Source: Octopus vulgaris
Lineage: Eukaryota
Direction of reading: 5' to 3'
NCBI GenBank assembly: GCA_951406725.2
Contig: OX597829.1
Location: forward strand, 62,001 to 126,000
DNA: 64,000 nucleotides
Shown here: positions 12,203-25,071 of the stretch, one piece after another
Layout: each line of letters opens with the position of its first letter
Position numbering within the stretch: position 1 is the stretch's first letter
The notes under the pieces: generated by a model
The model's database searches: none
Told to the model about the DNA's origin: nothing
Seen by the model: the letters and a program-made list of their open reading frames with translations, nothing else
Position numbers and translations under genes: made by a program

Positions 12203-12881
12203 CTGCAAGAATAAAATTACCGAAGACCAAACCGGAGGAGTGGCCGCTCGAAGACTTGCAATAGGGTGAACTTTACTAACGGGACCATATAGGTGTGTGC
12301 GTGTGTGTGTGTGTGTGTGTGTATGGGTGTGTATGTGGGGGGGACGTGTGTGCGTGTGTGTGTGTGAGTGCATGTGTGTGTGAGAGAGACTGTACAGCCC
12401 CGTATATTCTTCTGTGTGTGTGAAAATTGCATGTGTGTAATGTATATTTTTCCAGAAAGTGTCCATTCACAGAAATCGATATTTGCAGAATTTAGATTAT
12501 TCAGAAACGATAACACTTAGTGAAATATAAATCTTAGAGAGAGAATTTTTCACATCTTGCTAATCCTGGCGGTTGTTAGTATCTAGGTCATCTCATTTCC
12601 ATGGATGGTCAATATAATACAACCGACATATTTAGACGAAAATATTTCAAAGAATGCAAGCTGGGGAATAAACCGGCTGCCTTCGTCTTCTGCTTTGCTT
12701 TCGTCTTGGTGTCTTTTTTGTTTTATTTGTTTTGCTTTGAGCCTAATAAGAGGTGACGTTTCAAACGATATGTACTGGCGTCACAGGAAATATACACCGC
12801 GAAATATATATCTATCTGTTAGTATTTACATATCTATCTTATTCGTAAGATGTATGTAATGTAATGTAATATAATGTAGTA

Positions 12882-12882
<1 letters not shown>

Positions 12883-12916
<34 letters not shown>

Positions 12917-12946
12917 CACACACATATATATATATACATAAATATA

Positions 12947-13029
<83 letters not shown>

Positions 13030-13495
13030 GTATGTATATGCATGTGTATGTGTGTGTGTGCCTCTGTGTGTGTGTGTATGAGCATATGAATGTATGTGTA
13101 CGTATATATTGATGTGTGTGTGTGTATATACCTGTACATTTTCATATATATATATATATATATATATATGTACTTATATATATGTAAAAAGTAAATATTC
13201 AAATATATATATATGCATATATATATATGTGTATATATATGTACATATATATGTATATATATGTATATATATATGTATATATATGTGTGTGTATATATGT
13301 ATATATATATGTATATATATATAAATGTGTGTATATATGTATATATATATGTATATATGTACACACACACATATATATATATGTGTGTGTACATATATAT
13401 ATGTGTGTGTATATATATATATATATATCACATTTGTATATGTGTGTATGTGGGTGTATTTATGTATGTATATGGATATCTGTATATGCATATAT
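12883..13495. repeat. Compound (TA)n/(TG)n/(CATA)n microsatellite
   Basis: Direct reading. Confidence 0.95.
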
Positions 13496-13734
13496 AAACG
13501 ACGACGATGATGATGATGATGGGTGGACTAACCTATGGTACCAGGTTCGATCAAACCGCACGGCTTCCAGGGAGAAGTTTCATTTTTTCAATAGCTTAGT
13601 GTGAGTGAAACTGGATAGAAAGAAACTGATTAGGAACTCGTCGGGTGGATTATGTTATTAATTAAAAAGCTACGCTGATTCTGCTTCAGAGTTAAGGGTG
13701 CACATACCCGCTGAGTATATGTATACGTTTACGT

Positions 13735-14150
13735 TTTTATCTGTTACTTGTATCAGACATCAGACTGCGGCCATGCTGGGGCATCGCCTTGAAGAATTTT
13801 AGTCGAACGAATCGACCCCAATACTTTTGTTTATATCTTTTATGCCCGGTACTTAATCTATTGGGTTTTTTTTTGCGGAACCATTACGTTATGGGGACGT
13901 AAACACATCAACACCGGTTTTCAAATGGTGGTGGAGGACAAACACAGACACAAAAAACATATATACACACATGCATATATAAATAAGAGGGACTTCTTTC
14001 AGTTTCCGTCTACCAAGTCCATTCGGAAGGCTTTGGTCAGCCAGAGTTTACGGTAAGAGGCACTTACACAAGGTGCCTCGCGGTTGGACTGAACCCTGAA
14101 CCATGTGGTTGGGAAGCAAGTTTCTTACCACACAGTCACCTCTGCACCTA
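13735..14150 (-). mobile_element. SINE family A (diverged full-length)
   Basis: Homology to family A. Confidence 0.85.
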
Positions 14151-14215
14151 TAATATTGATTTTTAATATTAAAAGTGACTTATTCGCCCTCACAGATCAA
14201 ATCTAGACGTATAAC

Positions 14216-14264
14216 AATACATACATACATACATACATACATACATACATACTTACGTACATAC

Positions 14265-14295
<31 letters not shown>

Positions 14296-14602
14296 CATAC
14301 ATAAGCTCATACATAAACACATACATACACACATACATACATACATACATACATACATACATACATACATACATACATACATACATACATACATACATAC
14401 ATACATACATACATACATACATACATAAGCTCATACATAAACACATACATACATACATACATACATACATACATACATACATACATACATACATACATAC
14501 ATACATACATACATACATACATACATACATACATACATACATACATAAGCTCATACATAAACACATACATACATAAGCTCATACATAAACACATACATAC
14601 AT
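14216..14602. repeat. (CATA)n array with higher-order interruption AAGCTCATACATAAACA (4 times)
   Basis: The interruption recurs near 14303, 14427, 14547 and 14575. Confidence 0.92.
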
Positions 14603-15094
14603 TAATTTACGCATGCACACTCACACATCTATACGTGAATAACTACATATATATATAAATATAAAACAAAACATACAGAAGTGCGCATGCAAAAAAACTT
14701 CAAAAATTTCTACACAAGCATACGACCATGCATAACAATTCCGCTGACGTTCAAATGAAAGAGAGTTAGACTTTGGTTAGAAACAGGCTCTTTGTAAGTT
14801 GGCTTGGAACGACTTTGATTATAACACATATTACGAATACGTATTCTTGTATACATATATACATTAGCGGTGTAAACAAGAGTGTATTTTGCACCAAAAG
14901 CCTGTATGGAAGTTTCTCTCATGGTAACTACCGCAGTATAGTTTGTTCTAACAGAACAAATACGTTTAAGTGGGAATAAATGTAAGTTTTAGGGCTAGAT
15001 GAAGACCAAATATAAGATAACGCTAAAAGGAAAATCGTAAAGAATTGGAAACAGAAGGGCAACAGACAACGAAGCAATATGTAGATATCTTTTG

Positions 15095-15252
15095 TCTTTC
15101 ACTAGTTTCAGTCATTAGACTGCAGCCATGCAGGAGAAGCGCCTTGGAAATGTTTTTTATGAAATGAATCAACCCCTGTACTTATTCTTTTGAGATTGAA
15201 CCCGAAGCCATGTGTTTGGGAAGTAAGCTTCTTACCACACAACCACACCTGC
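15095..15252 (-). mobile_element. SINE family A, internally deleted
   Basis: Tail fused directly to the head segment. Confidence 0.7.
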
Positions 15253-16120
15253 ATGCATGCATGCATACATATATACATACATACATACGTACATACATAC
15301 ATACACACATACATACATACGTAATACATACATGCACACATACATACATACAAACATACAAACATACATACATACATACATACATACATACATACATACA
15401 TACATACATACAATACATACATACATACATGCACACACATACTGGCAACAGATAAGCTCCGTAACTGTTGACACAAGCTAGTCTCAAAAGTGTTTGCTTA
15501 ATGGATAAAGACAGAATATAGAGCGTCTTCATTTACAGTGTTAAACCAATCAACTACACATATATTGGACTCGTCAGTATTACTAATTTTTTGTTTTTCT
15601 CTCTCTCAAAAAAAAAAGATCTCTTCACAGAAATTCCTCGTTCTTGAAGCAAAACGTAAATCATTCTCTTAGCAAGTTCTAGTTAAGACAGTAGCGGTCG
15701 TAGTTCCATGATGAATGAGACGTTCTCATACCGCATTGGTGTTGTCAGGCAGCTGAAAATGTATCGCTGGCATTCAATTGCAATCGTCATTTTTTCTCAG
15801 TCTTAAAGTCGTTAGGCTGAAAGCGAAATCATTTTAATATTATACTCCATGTTAAAGAATCTTCATTTTATTTTATTTATTTATTCGTTTCTTTATTTTC
15901 GATGTTGGCGATTCGCAGTTATGCTGTAAAGAAGTAATTTCTCAAACTGATTAAATTCTGCTTGAAATGACTCATTTTCGGCGTATCTCGTTTTTAGCTG
16001 TATATCAACTAGGTCAAGAAATATTTAAGAACATTTCAAAGTGAGTCATTAAATACAGAAGAGTGTTTTTTTTCTTCTTCTTTTAGTTCATAAAGGCTCA
16101 TTTATATAAAAATGAAAAAA

Positions 16121-16325
16121 GGCGGCAGAAACGTTAGCACGACGGGCGAAATGCTTAGCGGTATTTCGTCTGCGTTACGTTGTGAGTTCAAATTCCACTA
16201 AAGTTGATTTTGTCTTTTTTATCCTTTCGAGGTCGATAAAATATGTACCAGTTGAGCAGTGGGTCCATGTAATTGACTCAACATCTACGCCCGAAATTAC
16301 TGGCCTTGTGCCAAAATTTGAAACC
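16121..16325 (+). mobile_element. SINE family B, older variant with alternative tail
   Basis: GGCAGAAACGTTAGCAC...GAGTTCAAATTCC head and TCCTTTCGAGGTCGATAAAA..GTACCAG central domain, followed by an (ATG)n tail. Confidence 0.8.
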
Positions 16326-16906
16326 ATGATGATGATGATGAAGGAAGGAGAAAAATATTTTCCCATGATTTGTTTTAAAAATATGTCACTAAATATTATT
16401 TCACCAAACCAATAATTAACTCGTCGAAATGATAATATGTCGAGGTTCATTAAGGGCAGTGACGACAGAAAAAAAAAGTAGGTCCTGTGATCAGTACTGT
16501 CTCGAACCCTAACTTCCATGGCATATACGAGGCCGATATCATACCACTCCCCCAGGACAGAACCCCGTCCACCGTAGAGTTACTCATTTAGAGCTGAGTG
16601 GACTGGTGCATCGTGCAATGAAATATTTTGTTCATGAATACAACGCATTGCCTGGTCCAGGAACCGAAATCAAGATATTTTGCAATAATTAATTACAGCT
16701 CTTGATGGTTTGGTTTCGATTCCCTGCTGAATCTGCTTTTCTTTTCATTCTTCTGAGCCCGAAATAAATCAAGTAACAGTTTCTTTCCAATATTCGAAGC
16801 TTTGTGGTTTTGTTAGGAATCGGTTCATTTTGTGATGGTGGTAGCGGTGGTGTGTGTGTGGGAAGGTTTTAGTCTGCTGATATTCATGCCATTAGCTCTT
16901 GAAAGT

Positions 16907-17110
16907 GAAGGCGCATGGTTCAGTGGTTGCAGCGTCGAACTTACGAGACCATGAGGTTGTGAGTTCGAATCCCGGACCAGGCTGCGTGTTGTGCTCTTGA
17001 GCAAGACACTTCATTTCACATCGCTCCAGTTCACATTTCACATTTCACATTGCTCCAGTTCACTGAGCTGTAGAAATGAGTTGCGACATCACTGGCGCCA
17101 AGCTGTATCG
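16907..17110 (+). mobile_element. SINE family D (tRNA head plus CORE-like CTTGAGCAAGACACTT)
   Basis: A box TGGTTCAGTGG and B box GAGTTCGAATCCC. Decayed minus-strand relatives near 16548-16670, 26462-26640 and 63340-63470. Confidence 0.75.
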
Positions 17111-17272
17111 ACTGCCTAAAGTGGCGACATGCCATCATCAAGAGAATAGACCAGATAGAAAATAACAGACACCAAAAGGCAGAGATCAGATGTCGAGGGC
17201 ACAAAGAGAAACTCGCACTTCCTCGTTTCTCACCAACCCTCCAATACGATAAATGCCCCCGGCTCTTCTATA

Positions 17273-17507
17273 CCTATTTCTTTACTACCCATAAGGGGCT
17301 AAACATAGAGGGGGCAAACAAGGACAGACAAAGAGATTAAGTCGATTATATCGACCCCAGTGCGTAATTGGTACTTATTTAATCGACCCCGAAAGGGTGA
17401 AAGGCAAAGTCGACCTCGGCGGAATTTGAAGTCAGAACGTAACGGCAGACGAAATACGGCTACTCATTTCGCCCGTCATGCTAACGTTTCTGCCAGCTCG
17501 TTGCCTT
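17273..17507 (-). mobile_element. SINE family B with ~16-bp TSD
   Basis: Full-length homology; flanks CCGGCTCTTCTA(T/C)ACC on both sides. Confidence 0.9.
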
Positions 17508-18422
17508 CCGGCTCTTCTACACCGTCCTTGGCCTGAACAGTCACCTCAGGCATCGCTACCCTTCGCACCAATCAGGATGAAGAAACTCAATCACTAGCTA
17601 CAGATCTACTACTCCGATTCCAGGCAAAACCGGTGTCGACGACGACGAAGACAACGACTTGTCAGTGTTATTCAACCTACGTTTCCCTCTTCGCAATTCG
17701 TCAAACCCAACCTGAATCGTCTAGATATCAAAACTCCCGTCTTTACACACTCTCAATGAGATCTAAGGCCTGTTTTCTATGTCACTTGCACTTCTAGCGA
17801 GTAAAATGCCAACCATGTGCTTTTCTATATATAGCAACAATCGATGGTTAACTAATCGATTATGTGAGAGAGAGAGATCATTCGCCTTGTGTATGATGCA
17901 ATAGCGCAGTTCTTATCTAACCTATTGCACGCCATTTTAACTTTCCTATCACATATGACTTTCCTGTCTTACTGTCTGTAGTTTTCTACATCTTTATCAC
18001 CGGATTATCTCAGGATTACTGAATTATTTTCCGGTTGGAAACAGCTGACGTTTGGAATCGATAACCGATTAGTTTTACTTTGACTCTCTCACGCACAGAT
18101 TGATGTCCACACACATTCTGAGCGTCTGAGTCCTTTGTCCACCCTCTGACAAATAAATGTTTCTGTGTTCGTAAAAGCATATCACATTCTTCTACTTACC
18201 CACCCAGGCATACATAATGTCTTCCCACCTCTCCTATCTACCTTGTCATTTATTCATATACTGAAACTCACAGAGCTTGTTATTTATCTTATCTTTTCTT
18301 TTTTGGGGTGGGGATGGGGCGACGTACCCGACTGTTATTTCTATTCATGCTCATCGCTAAGGGGTGCATTGGATGGCACTTCCTCCTCACTATTCAATGA
18401 TGCCCCCTCATATTCACAGTGA

Positions 18423-18651
18423 TACCTATTTCTTTACTACTCACAAGAAGCTAAACACAGAGAGGACAAACAAGGACAGACAAACGGATTAAGTCGATTA
18501 CATCGACCCCAGTGCGTAACTGGTATTTATTTAATCGACCCCGAAAGGATGAAAGACAAAGTCGACCTCAGCGGAATTTGAACTCAGAACGTAGCAGCAG
18601 ACGAAATACAGCTAAGCATTTCGCCCGGCGTGCTAACGTTTCTGCCAGCTC
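18423..18651 (-). mobile_element. SINE family B
   Basis: Homology; flanks TCACAG(T)GATACC / TCACAGATACC. Confidence 0.88.
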
Positions 18652-18995
18652 ACAGATACCCTTATTTCGAAACTCCACTTTAGCATTATAACAAATTAGT
18701 GCCCACTTAGAATATTCTGAAGCACCTTCGGGCATCACTGTCTGGTGACGGGCCACTTGTTATCCATTCCACTCTAATAGACATGACAATACAACGAAGA
18801 AAATTCTATTCCGTCATTATCCAATATTTCTTTGTTTTTTTTTTTTTTTTTGCAAGCTTCTGGGTAAAGCAAAAATTTCTTCTCTGTCTTGACAAGGAAC
18901 TTCTTTGAAACATTGACACTTTGTAAATATACTATAAAACGGTAATTAAGTCATTTTAATTAGTCTTGATAATCACGTTGTTTCATTGCTATTTT

Positions 18996-19736
18996 TTTTT
19001 ACTTGTTTCACTAATCTGACTGCGGCCACTCTGGGGCACCACCTTGAAGGGTTTTAGTCGAACCATTCGACCCCAGAACTTATTTTTTAAGCCTAGTACT
19101 TATTGTATCGGTCTCTTTTGCTGAACCGCTAAAAAAAACACCAAGACCGGTTGGCAAGCAGTAGTGGAGTACAAACACAGACACAAAGACACACACACAA
19201 ACACATATAAATTTATATAAATAAGGATAAGATCGTTAATTTTAATATCGATCTTATCAAGTGGCCAGCATGGGAATAAAAACCTTCTAAGGTAATATTA
19301 AATGTTCATATAGCACCAGGGTAGATGACAAAAAGGACAAAATAAACTAGAAAAAAATTACTGGATAATTCCAGATCCCGAATTTCTGGTTTTGCACAAG
19401 AAATGCTTTGCCTCATTAGTGGAATATACGCAGATAGTAACATAAATGCACATATAATATATACATATAACATACGAATACTTACATATACGGACGTATA
19501 CATGCATGTATATGCACGTATGCAAACGACCAGTTTAAATTGCCCGCCTACAACTCCTAGTGCTATATGGTAAAACATCACCGCAATGACGAAATAAATA
19601 TAAAAATTTATAAAAATAAGTATAAGACCGTTAATTTAAATATCGATCTTATCAAGTGGCCAGCATAGGAATAAAAACCTTCAAAGGTAATAATTATTAT
19701 TAAAATTGTAACTTAGGGTATCTAAGAGATACCTCC

Positions 19737-19826
<90 letters not shown>

Positions 19827-19971
19827 CTTCTTTTAGTTTCCGCCTATCAAATCCACTATGGTCGGCCCGAGGTAAAGTAGATGACACTTGCCCACAGTGT
19901 CAGGTCAAGATTGAGCCTGAGACCATGTGGTTGGGAAGTAAGCGTCTTACCACATGCCCATGCCCGCACCT
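18996..19971 (-). mobile_element. SINE family A split by a Penelope-like insertion in its internal microsatellite
   Basis: Tail at 18996-19205 and head at 19825-19971, in the same orientation. Confidence 0.75.
19206..19712 (-). mobile_element. Terminally redundant Penelope-like/retrozyme module (~395-nt unit) with decayed hammerhead (19368-19425)
   Basis: ~95-bp direct repeats (GATCTTATCAAGTGGCCAGCAT at 19250 and 19645). Minus strand reads ATTCCA-CTaATGA-GG...CC-aGAAA-TTCGGGA-TC-TGGAAT: perfect stem I, G5A core mutation. Confidence 0.7.
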
Positions 19972-20104
19972 ATTTAAATAAAATATTATTCCACTATACC
20001 TGTGGAATCCATAAACGTTTACAACTTCTAAGAAGTGCTGTTTTTGGGTCTAGAAAATATTCCATAAAACGGTAATTAACACAGTTTAATTAATTTTGTT
20101 TAAG

Positions 20105-21700
20105 GTCCCCTCTCCGTTATTGGCTTGCCTCTTGTTGTTGGATCGTTTTGTTATTGTTTTTGTGTGTATTTGCTTAACTGCTGAATTGTTGCTATTAGTT
20201 GTTGTTGATTTATTTGAATAACTGTTTATTGCTTGTTTGGAAGCAGCTTGTTTTAATTTCCCCCGGCGGAGGAATTATAGTTATTATTTGCACGGTTTTG
20301 AGCTGATTCTGTGAGGCGTAAGCAGGAATTTGTTTTAAAAAAATGGAAGCTTCTATGGCTTCGCCAATTTCATATTCACCTGTGGTCAGAAGCAGGAGGG
20401 AAGAGAATTTCACCGGCAGTGACGCCCCAAAAGTTCGCTGGGGTGGCTGGTAAGAAAGAAACATCGATAAACACCGGGAAGAGCAATTTGCAAAGGTTCA
20501 TGTCAATGCTCAAAAAGGAGAGGACGGAGATACAAGGGGCCTCTTCGGAAGAAACGATTGACCAAAGTAAACAGGAGACGAATATTGTACAAAACGTAGT
20601 GTAGAAAAAAAAAAACGAATTTACAAAACCGAGGAAAAAATAGCGGAAAAATGTCTCAGACCTATTTGGTCTGACATTACCAACATTAATAGAGGTAAAA
20701 AATTTGGAATTGTAGAAGTCGGGTTCAAATCAGAGGAAGTAGCCAGGCGGTACTCTTCGGAGACTCTAAGAACGGAGGAGGTGGTTCATCTTCCCGTTTA
20801 TATGGGAGGAAGAACATCAAAAATCAAAATCAGTAACATTCTCTGGAAGTGGATGCCGCCTGGTTAGTGGTAGCTATTATTATGGGCCTGGAGGAAAAAA
20901 TAACTATTCTCCAGGCCTCAGTGGTGAAGGAAGAGAACTGGAAAGGACAATGCTTGATCATGTTGATACAAGCAGAAGTCCCTACTTTAGAAGAAATAGC
21001 CGAAGAAAGACTAATCGTGTTTGTGGAGGGCAGAAAACCAAGGTGTTTTAACTGCGAAAGGCACTCCTGCTATTCCGTCGCTCGGGCAATGCCACATTCT
21101 TTTATAGAGGGTTAGTAGAGCCGGAATGTGGCGATACCTTACGGAAAACCCTAGGTCTCGACGATAATCAGCTGGCCAATCTGTTCCAACGTAGATTCGG
21201 GCCGAAGACCCTGGACAACTTTCAGAACTCTCTGGCATGGCAGTGTTACCGCGGAGCCTTACCTGTTCGGGATAAGCTCACAAGGCATGGTGACCACGGC
21301 CCATCGACTTGTCTATGATGCGAGCGGGATAGGGTAACCGTCACGCACGCTATTGTTCAGTGTTCTGAGGTATCAGACGTGTGGGTTTATGCTGAACAAC
21401 TATCGTCAAGAGCAGGAAGAGTACAGCTATTGACTGGGTCAATAGTAAAAATTGACCCGCCAGATTTCTTCTCGAAAGAAGGTAAGAATTGTTTTCTCGT
21501 TGTAGTAGCAATTGTGAGAGAGATGATTTGGAAGACGAGGCTGAAAGGGTTAAGGTCAAGCTTCTTCATCTCTGGCCCTGAATTGGTGAATTAATTCACC
21601 TTTCATCTGAAAAGGAAAATAGGGCAAGAGAGAAAATGCCTGACGGCTAAAATGTTTGATAATCGATGGTAGAGTGCTGGTGACTTCTTCAGTGTGCAAC
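20105..21700 (+). mobile_element. Internally deleted, decayed L1/Tx1-like LINE (ORF1 fragment joined to ORF2 C-terminus)
   Basis: ORF1-like IVFVEGRKPRCFNC zinc-knuckle start at ~21015-21056. From 21181, LDNFQNSLAWQCYRGALPVRDKLTRHG...CL*C...TVTHAIVQC..VW matches the zf-RVT-type cysteine-rich tail of L1/Tx1 ORF2. No EN or RT domain lies between them. Confidence 0.75.
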
Positions 21701-21879
21701 ACAATTGCACATGCGCACACCGACAACAAGGAATCATGGGAAGTCTCAAAGCCTCATCGGCAGCGAGCTACTTTATTTCATGACAATTCGCCGCCTTCTT
21801 ACCACACGACATCTAACAGGTTTATCAGTCCGTTTTCCTTGCTCATCTACAGGAATTTATCTGTCTGCTTGCCTGCCTG

Positions 21880-21923
<44 letters not shown>

Positions 21924-22649
21924 TCTCGAGCATTTATGCAAACATACACAGTAATAAGTAGCAATTTTACTCAGAAACGTTATACTTTTTTTCTTCTGTA
22001 AGAGTTGTCTCTCGACAGTTTATTGCAAAAGAAAGCAACCAAGATTACACAAGCTCATTTATATAGTTTTTAGAGGTGTGTATTTGTGTGTCCATGTACG
22101 TGCGTGTGTGTGTGTGCGTGTGTGCGTGTGTGTATGTGCGTATGTGTGTGTGTGTGTGTGTGTGCGTGTGTAGATTATCGGCTCTATATAAACCTTCTCA
22201 CGTTCCCGAATCGGTTAATTTAAGTCTCCAGCCGAGAAATAACACCGAGTCGTGAACTAGGCTTCGTCGGGGTGTAATATTTCTCTATCTACACCAACAA
22301 TAAACCTTTTTATATTTTTGAAGTTTGGATCGTTAGCAACTTTTACGACATGCTTAAAACAAATATGTTTTATTTATTTATTATTATTATTTTTATGATA
22401 GTGATATTGTTTGTGCCCTTTTGACAGCCGAGGATCCTTGCAGAGTTTTTAGCTGTAAATTACACAACCAGCGATACGTATTTAGAGCTGAAATAAATGT
22501 GTGTGTGTGTGATTCCCGTTTAAGATGTTTTGGTTATGTGCTAGTGGTGAGATATGAACCCCTCATCTGATGAACACCATATCTACTCGACCATCTGTAC
22601 CTTCTTTTATTGCCTGAAGCAACTGTTCTTCTATTTGAATCTATAAATA

Positions 22650-22815
22650 GGCGCAGGCGTGGTTGTGTGTGTGGTAAGAAGTTTACTTCCCAACCACATA
22701 GTTCTGGGTTCAATCCCACTGCGTGGCAGCTTGGACGAGTGTCTTCTGCTACGACATCGGGCCGACCAAACATTGTAAGTGGAATATGGTAAGCAAAAAC
22801 TGAAAGAAGACCGTC

Positions 22816-22820
<5 letters not shown>
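22650..22820 (+). mobile_element. SINE family A, 5' half
   Basis: Homology to the family A head, running into (TA)n. Confidence 0.85.
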
Positions 22821-22871
<51 letters not shown>

Positions 22872-22958
22872 GTATATATATATATATATATAAATATATA
22901 CATACATATACATACATATATATATATATGTATGTATATATGTGTGTGTGTATGTGTG

Positions 22959-23248
22959 TGGAGGCCCAGTAGTCAGGGCAGCAGACTCGCGGTCGTAGGA
23001 TCGCGGTTTCGATTCCCAGACCGGGTGTTGTGAGTGTTTATTGAGCGGAAACACTCAAATTGCCACGAGGCTCCGGCAGGGGGTGGTGGCGATCCCTGCT
23101 GTACTCTTTCGCCACAACTTTCTCTCATTCTTTCTTCTGATGGCCTGCTCACTTAGCCAGCGGGGTGGCGTCATTTGAAGGCTAAAACAATGCGAAGTGC
23201 ATTGTGACCAGCGATGTGTAACAACATTTGATAACATGGTCGGTCACG

Positions 23249-23253
<5 letters not shown>
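22959..23253 (+). mobile_element. SINE family C (tRNA-derived, ends GGTCGGTCACGGTGAT, in TA tracts)
   Basis: Homologous copies at 55385-55680 (-), 62072-62335 (+) and a partial copy at 59471-59650 (-). B box GGTTTCGATTCCC. Confidence 0.88.
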
Positions 23254-23290
<37 letters not shown>

Positions 23291-23596
23291 GTTTCATCTA
23301 AAACAACTACTACATGGAAGATACTTTAAAAAACAAACAAAAGCTGTTAACTTCTCTTAACCCTTTTCAGACACATAGTGTTCTGGTATGTGTAGCCAAA
23401 CAGACCACCTCCCCCTGTGAGATGAAGTTAAAATAACAGACAGAGAACATCACTGGAAAATACGAAAACTAAAAGAAGCAGCACAGATTCTAGGACACAA
23501 CCTTCCAAGCAGAATGCAGATATAAGTAGCATATGGGAACCGGTATTAAGAAAGGATAAGAAAATATTAGATTTATAAGCCTAAATAATTGCTTAC

Positions 23597-23805
23597 GGGC
23601 ATATGGCGCTATGGTTAAGAGCGCGAGCTACTAACCCCAAGATTCCGAGTTTGATTTCAATATCGAAGAAAAAAATTTACCTTAAGAATGAGAACCCAGG
23701 TTCGAAATTTCCCCAAGACACCTGATGAAGGCTGGAGGGTATATCAGTGAAACGTTGTGTTAACAAGATGAGGACAAATATCCATCAAATGTAAATAACG
23801 TAAAT
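23597..23805 (+). mobile_element. tRNA-headed element carrying a hammerhead ribozyme (SINE/Penelope-like chimera)
   Basis: tRNA-like head at 23597-23660 (A box TGGCGCTATGG, anticodon-arm-like GAGCTACTAACCC, degenerate B box GAGTTTGATTTC), followed ~60 nt later by a hammerhead. Confidence 0.65.
23717..23761 (+). ncRNA. Minimal type-I hammerhead ribozyme motif
   Basis: Stem I GACAC/GTGTT, canonical core CTGATGA, stem II GCTGG/TCAGT, then GAAACGTT (palindromic minimal stem III, GUU triplet). Confidence 0.75.
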
Positions 23806-23974
23806 GATGCGTATATATATTCTATATCTACTGAAAGACGATCCCTGATAGGCTACTACACTTCAAAATGTTTGTTTCATTGGGTCAATGGATCGGCCAC
23901 AAAGTCCTTTCAGCTTGTATCACTAAGGCCAGTCAATCTGTCCGAGTATCAGAAGAGAGTTAAACATTTATTCT

Positions 23975-24369
23975 TTTATTATTTTACATGTTTCAGTTAC
24001 TTGTCTACGGCCATGCTGGAGCACCGTCTTTTAGTCGAAGAAATCGACCCCAGGACTTATTCATTGTAAGCCTGGTACGCTACTCTATCGGTCTCGTTTG
24101 CCGAACAGCTAAGTTATGGGGACGTGAGCACACCAGCATAAGTTGCCAAGCGATGGCGGGGGGAGACAGACAGACAGACAAACAGACACACACACACATG
24201 AGCAGGTGTGGCTGTGTCGCAAGTAGCTTGCGGGCCAACCACATGGATCTGGGTTCAGTTTCACTGCGTGGCACCTTGGGTAAGTGTCTTCTACTATAGC
24301 CTCGGGCTGACCAAAACCTTGTGAGTGGATTTGGTAGACGGAAACTGAAAGATGCCAGGCGTATATATG

Positions 24370-24419
<50 letters not shown>

Positions 24420-24777
24420 TGTGTTTGACTCCCCACCATCGCTTGACAAGCAATGTTGGTGTGTTTACATCCCCATAACTTAACGGTTTGTCAAATGACA
24501 CTGATAGAATAAGTACTAGGCTTACAAAAGAATAAGTCCTGAGGTTAATTTGTTCGACTAAAGGCGGTGTTTCCAACACGTCCTTAGTAAAATGACTGAA
24601 ACAAATAAAAGAATACATATATATACGATGGGCTTCTTTTCAGTTTCCGTCTACCAAGTCCACTAATAAGGTTTTGATCGGCCCGAGGCTATAGTAGAAG
24701 ACACTTGCCCAAGGTATCACGTAGTGGGACTGAACCCGGACCCGAGTGGTTGGGAAGCACATAGCCACGCCTGCACC
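23975..24777. mobile_element. Nested SINE family A pair: + copy (24201-24614) inside the microsatellite of a - copy (23975-24200, 24624-24777)
   Basis: Order and orientation of the homologous head and tail segments. Confidence 0.85.
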
Positions 24778-25071
24778 TTTATATAATTAGTGTTTATTAT
24801 GTAAAAAAATTAATTCCAACAGAAGTCTACAAGTGTCAATCCCCGAGGGTGACTGAATTCTTGTAGCAAGTGGGACACATATGTTTAGCGGCATTTCTTC
24901 CTGCTTTTCACTTTCTGAGTTCAAATGCTGTTGAGCTCAACTTTACTTTGATTCGTTCGGGCCGATAAAATAAAGTATCAATCAGTTACTAGAGTCGATG
25001 TTATCGAATTGTTCTCTTCCCTCAAAAATTTGTTCGCCTCGAACCTGCAACGGGCTGGTATCCGTTAAGGG

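Noticed and set aside
16907-16980. tRNA genes at SINE heads (also 2006, 22959, 23597, 55680, 62072)
   Set aside because: A and B boxes are present, but acceptor stems and cloverleaves are incomplete and they run into SINE bodies.
22234-22286. Imperfect hairpin GAGAAATAACACC...GGTGTAATATTTCTC as a miRNA precursor
   Set aside because: Only ~13 paired bases with a bulge; too short to support.
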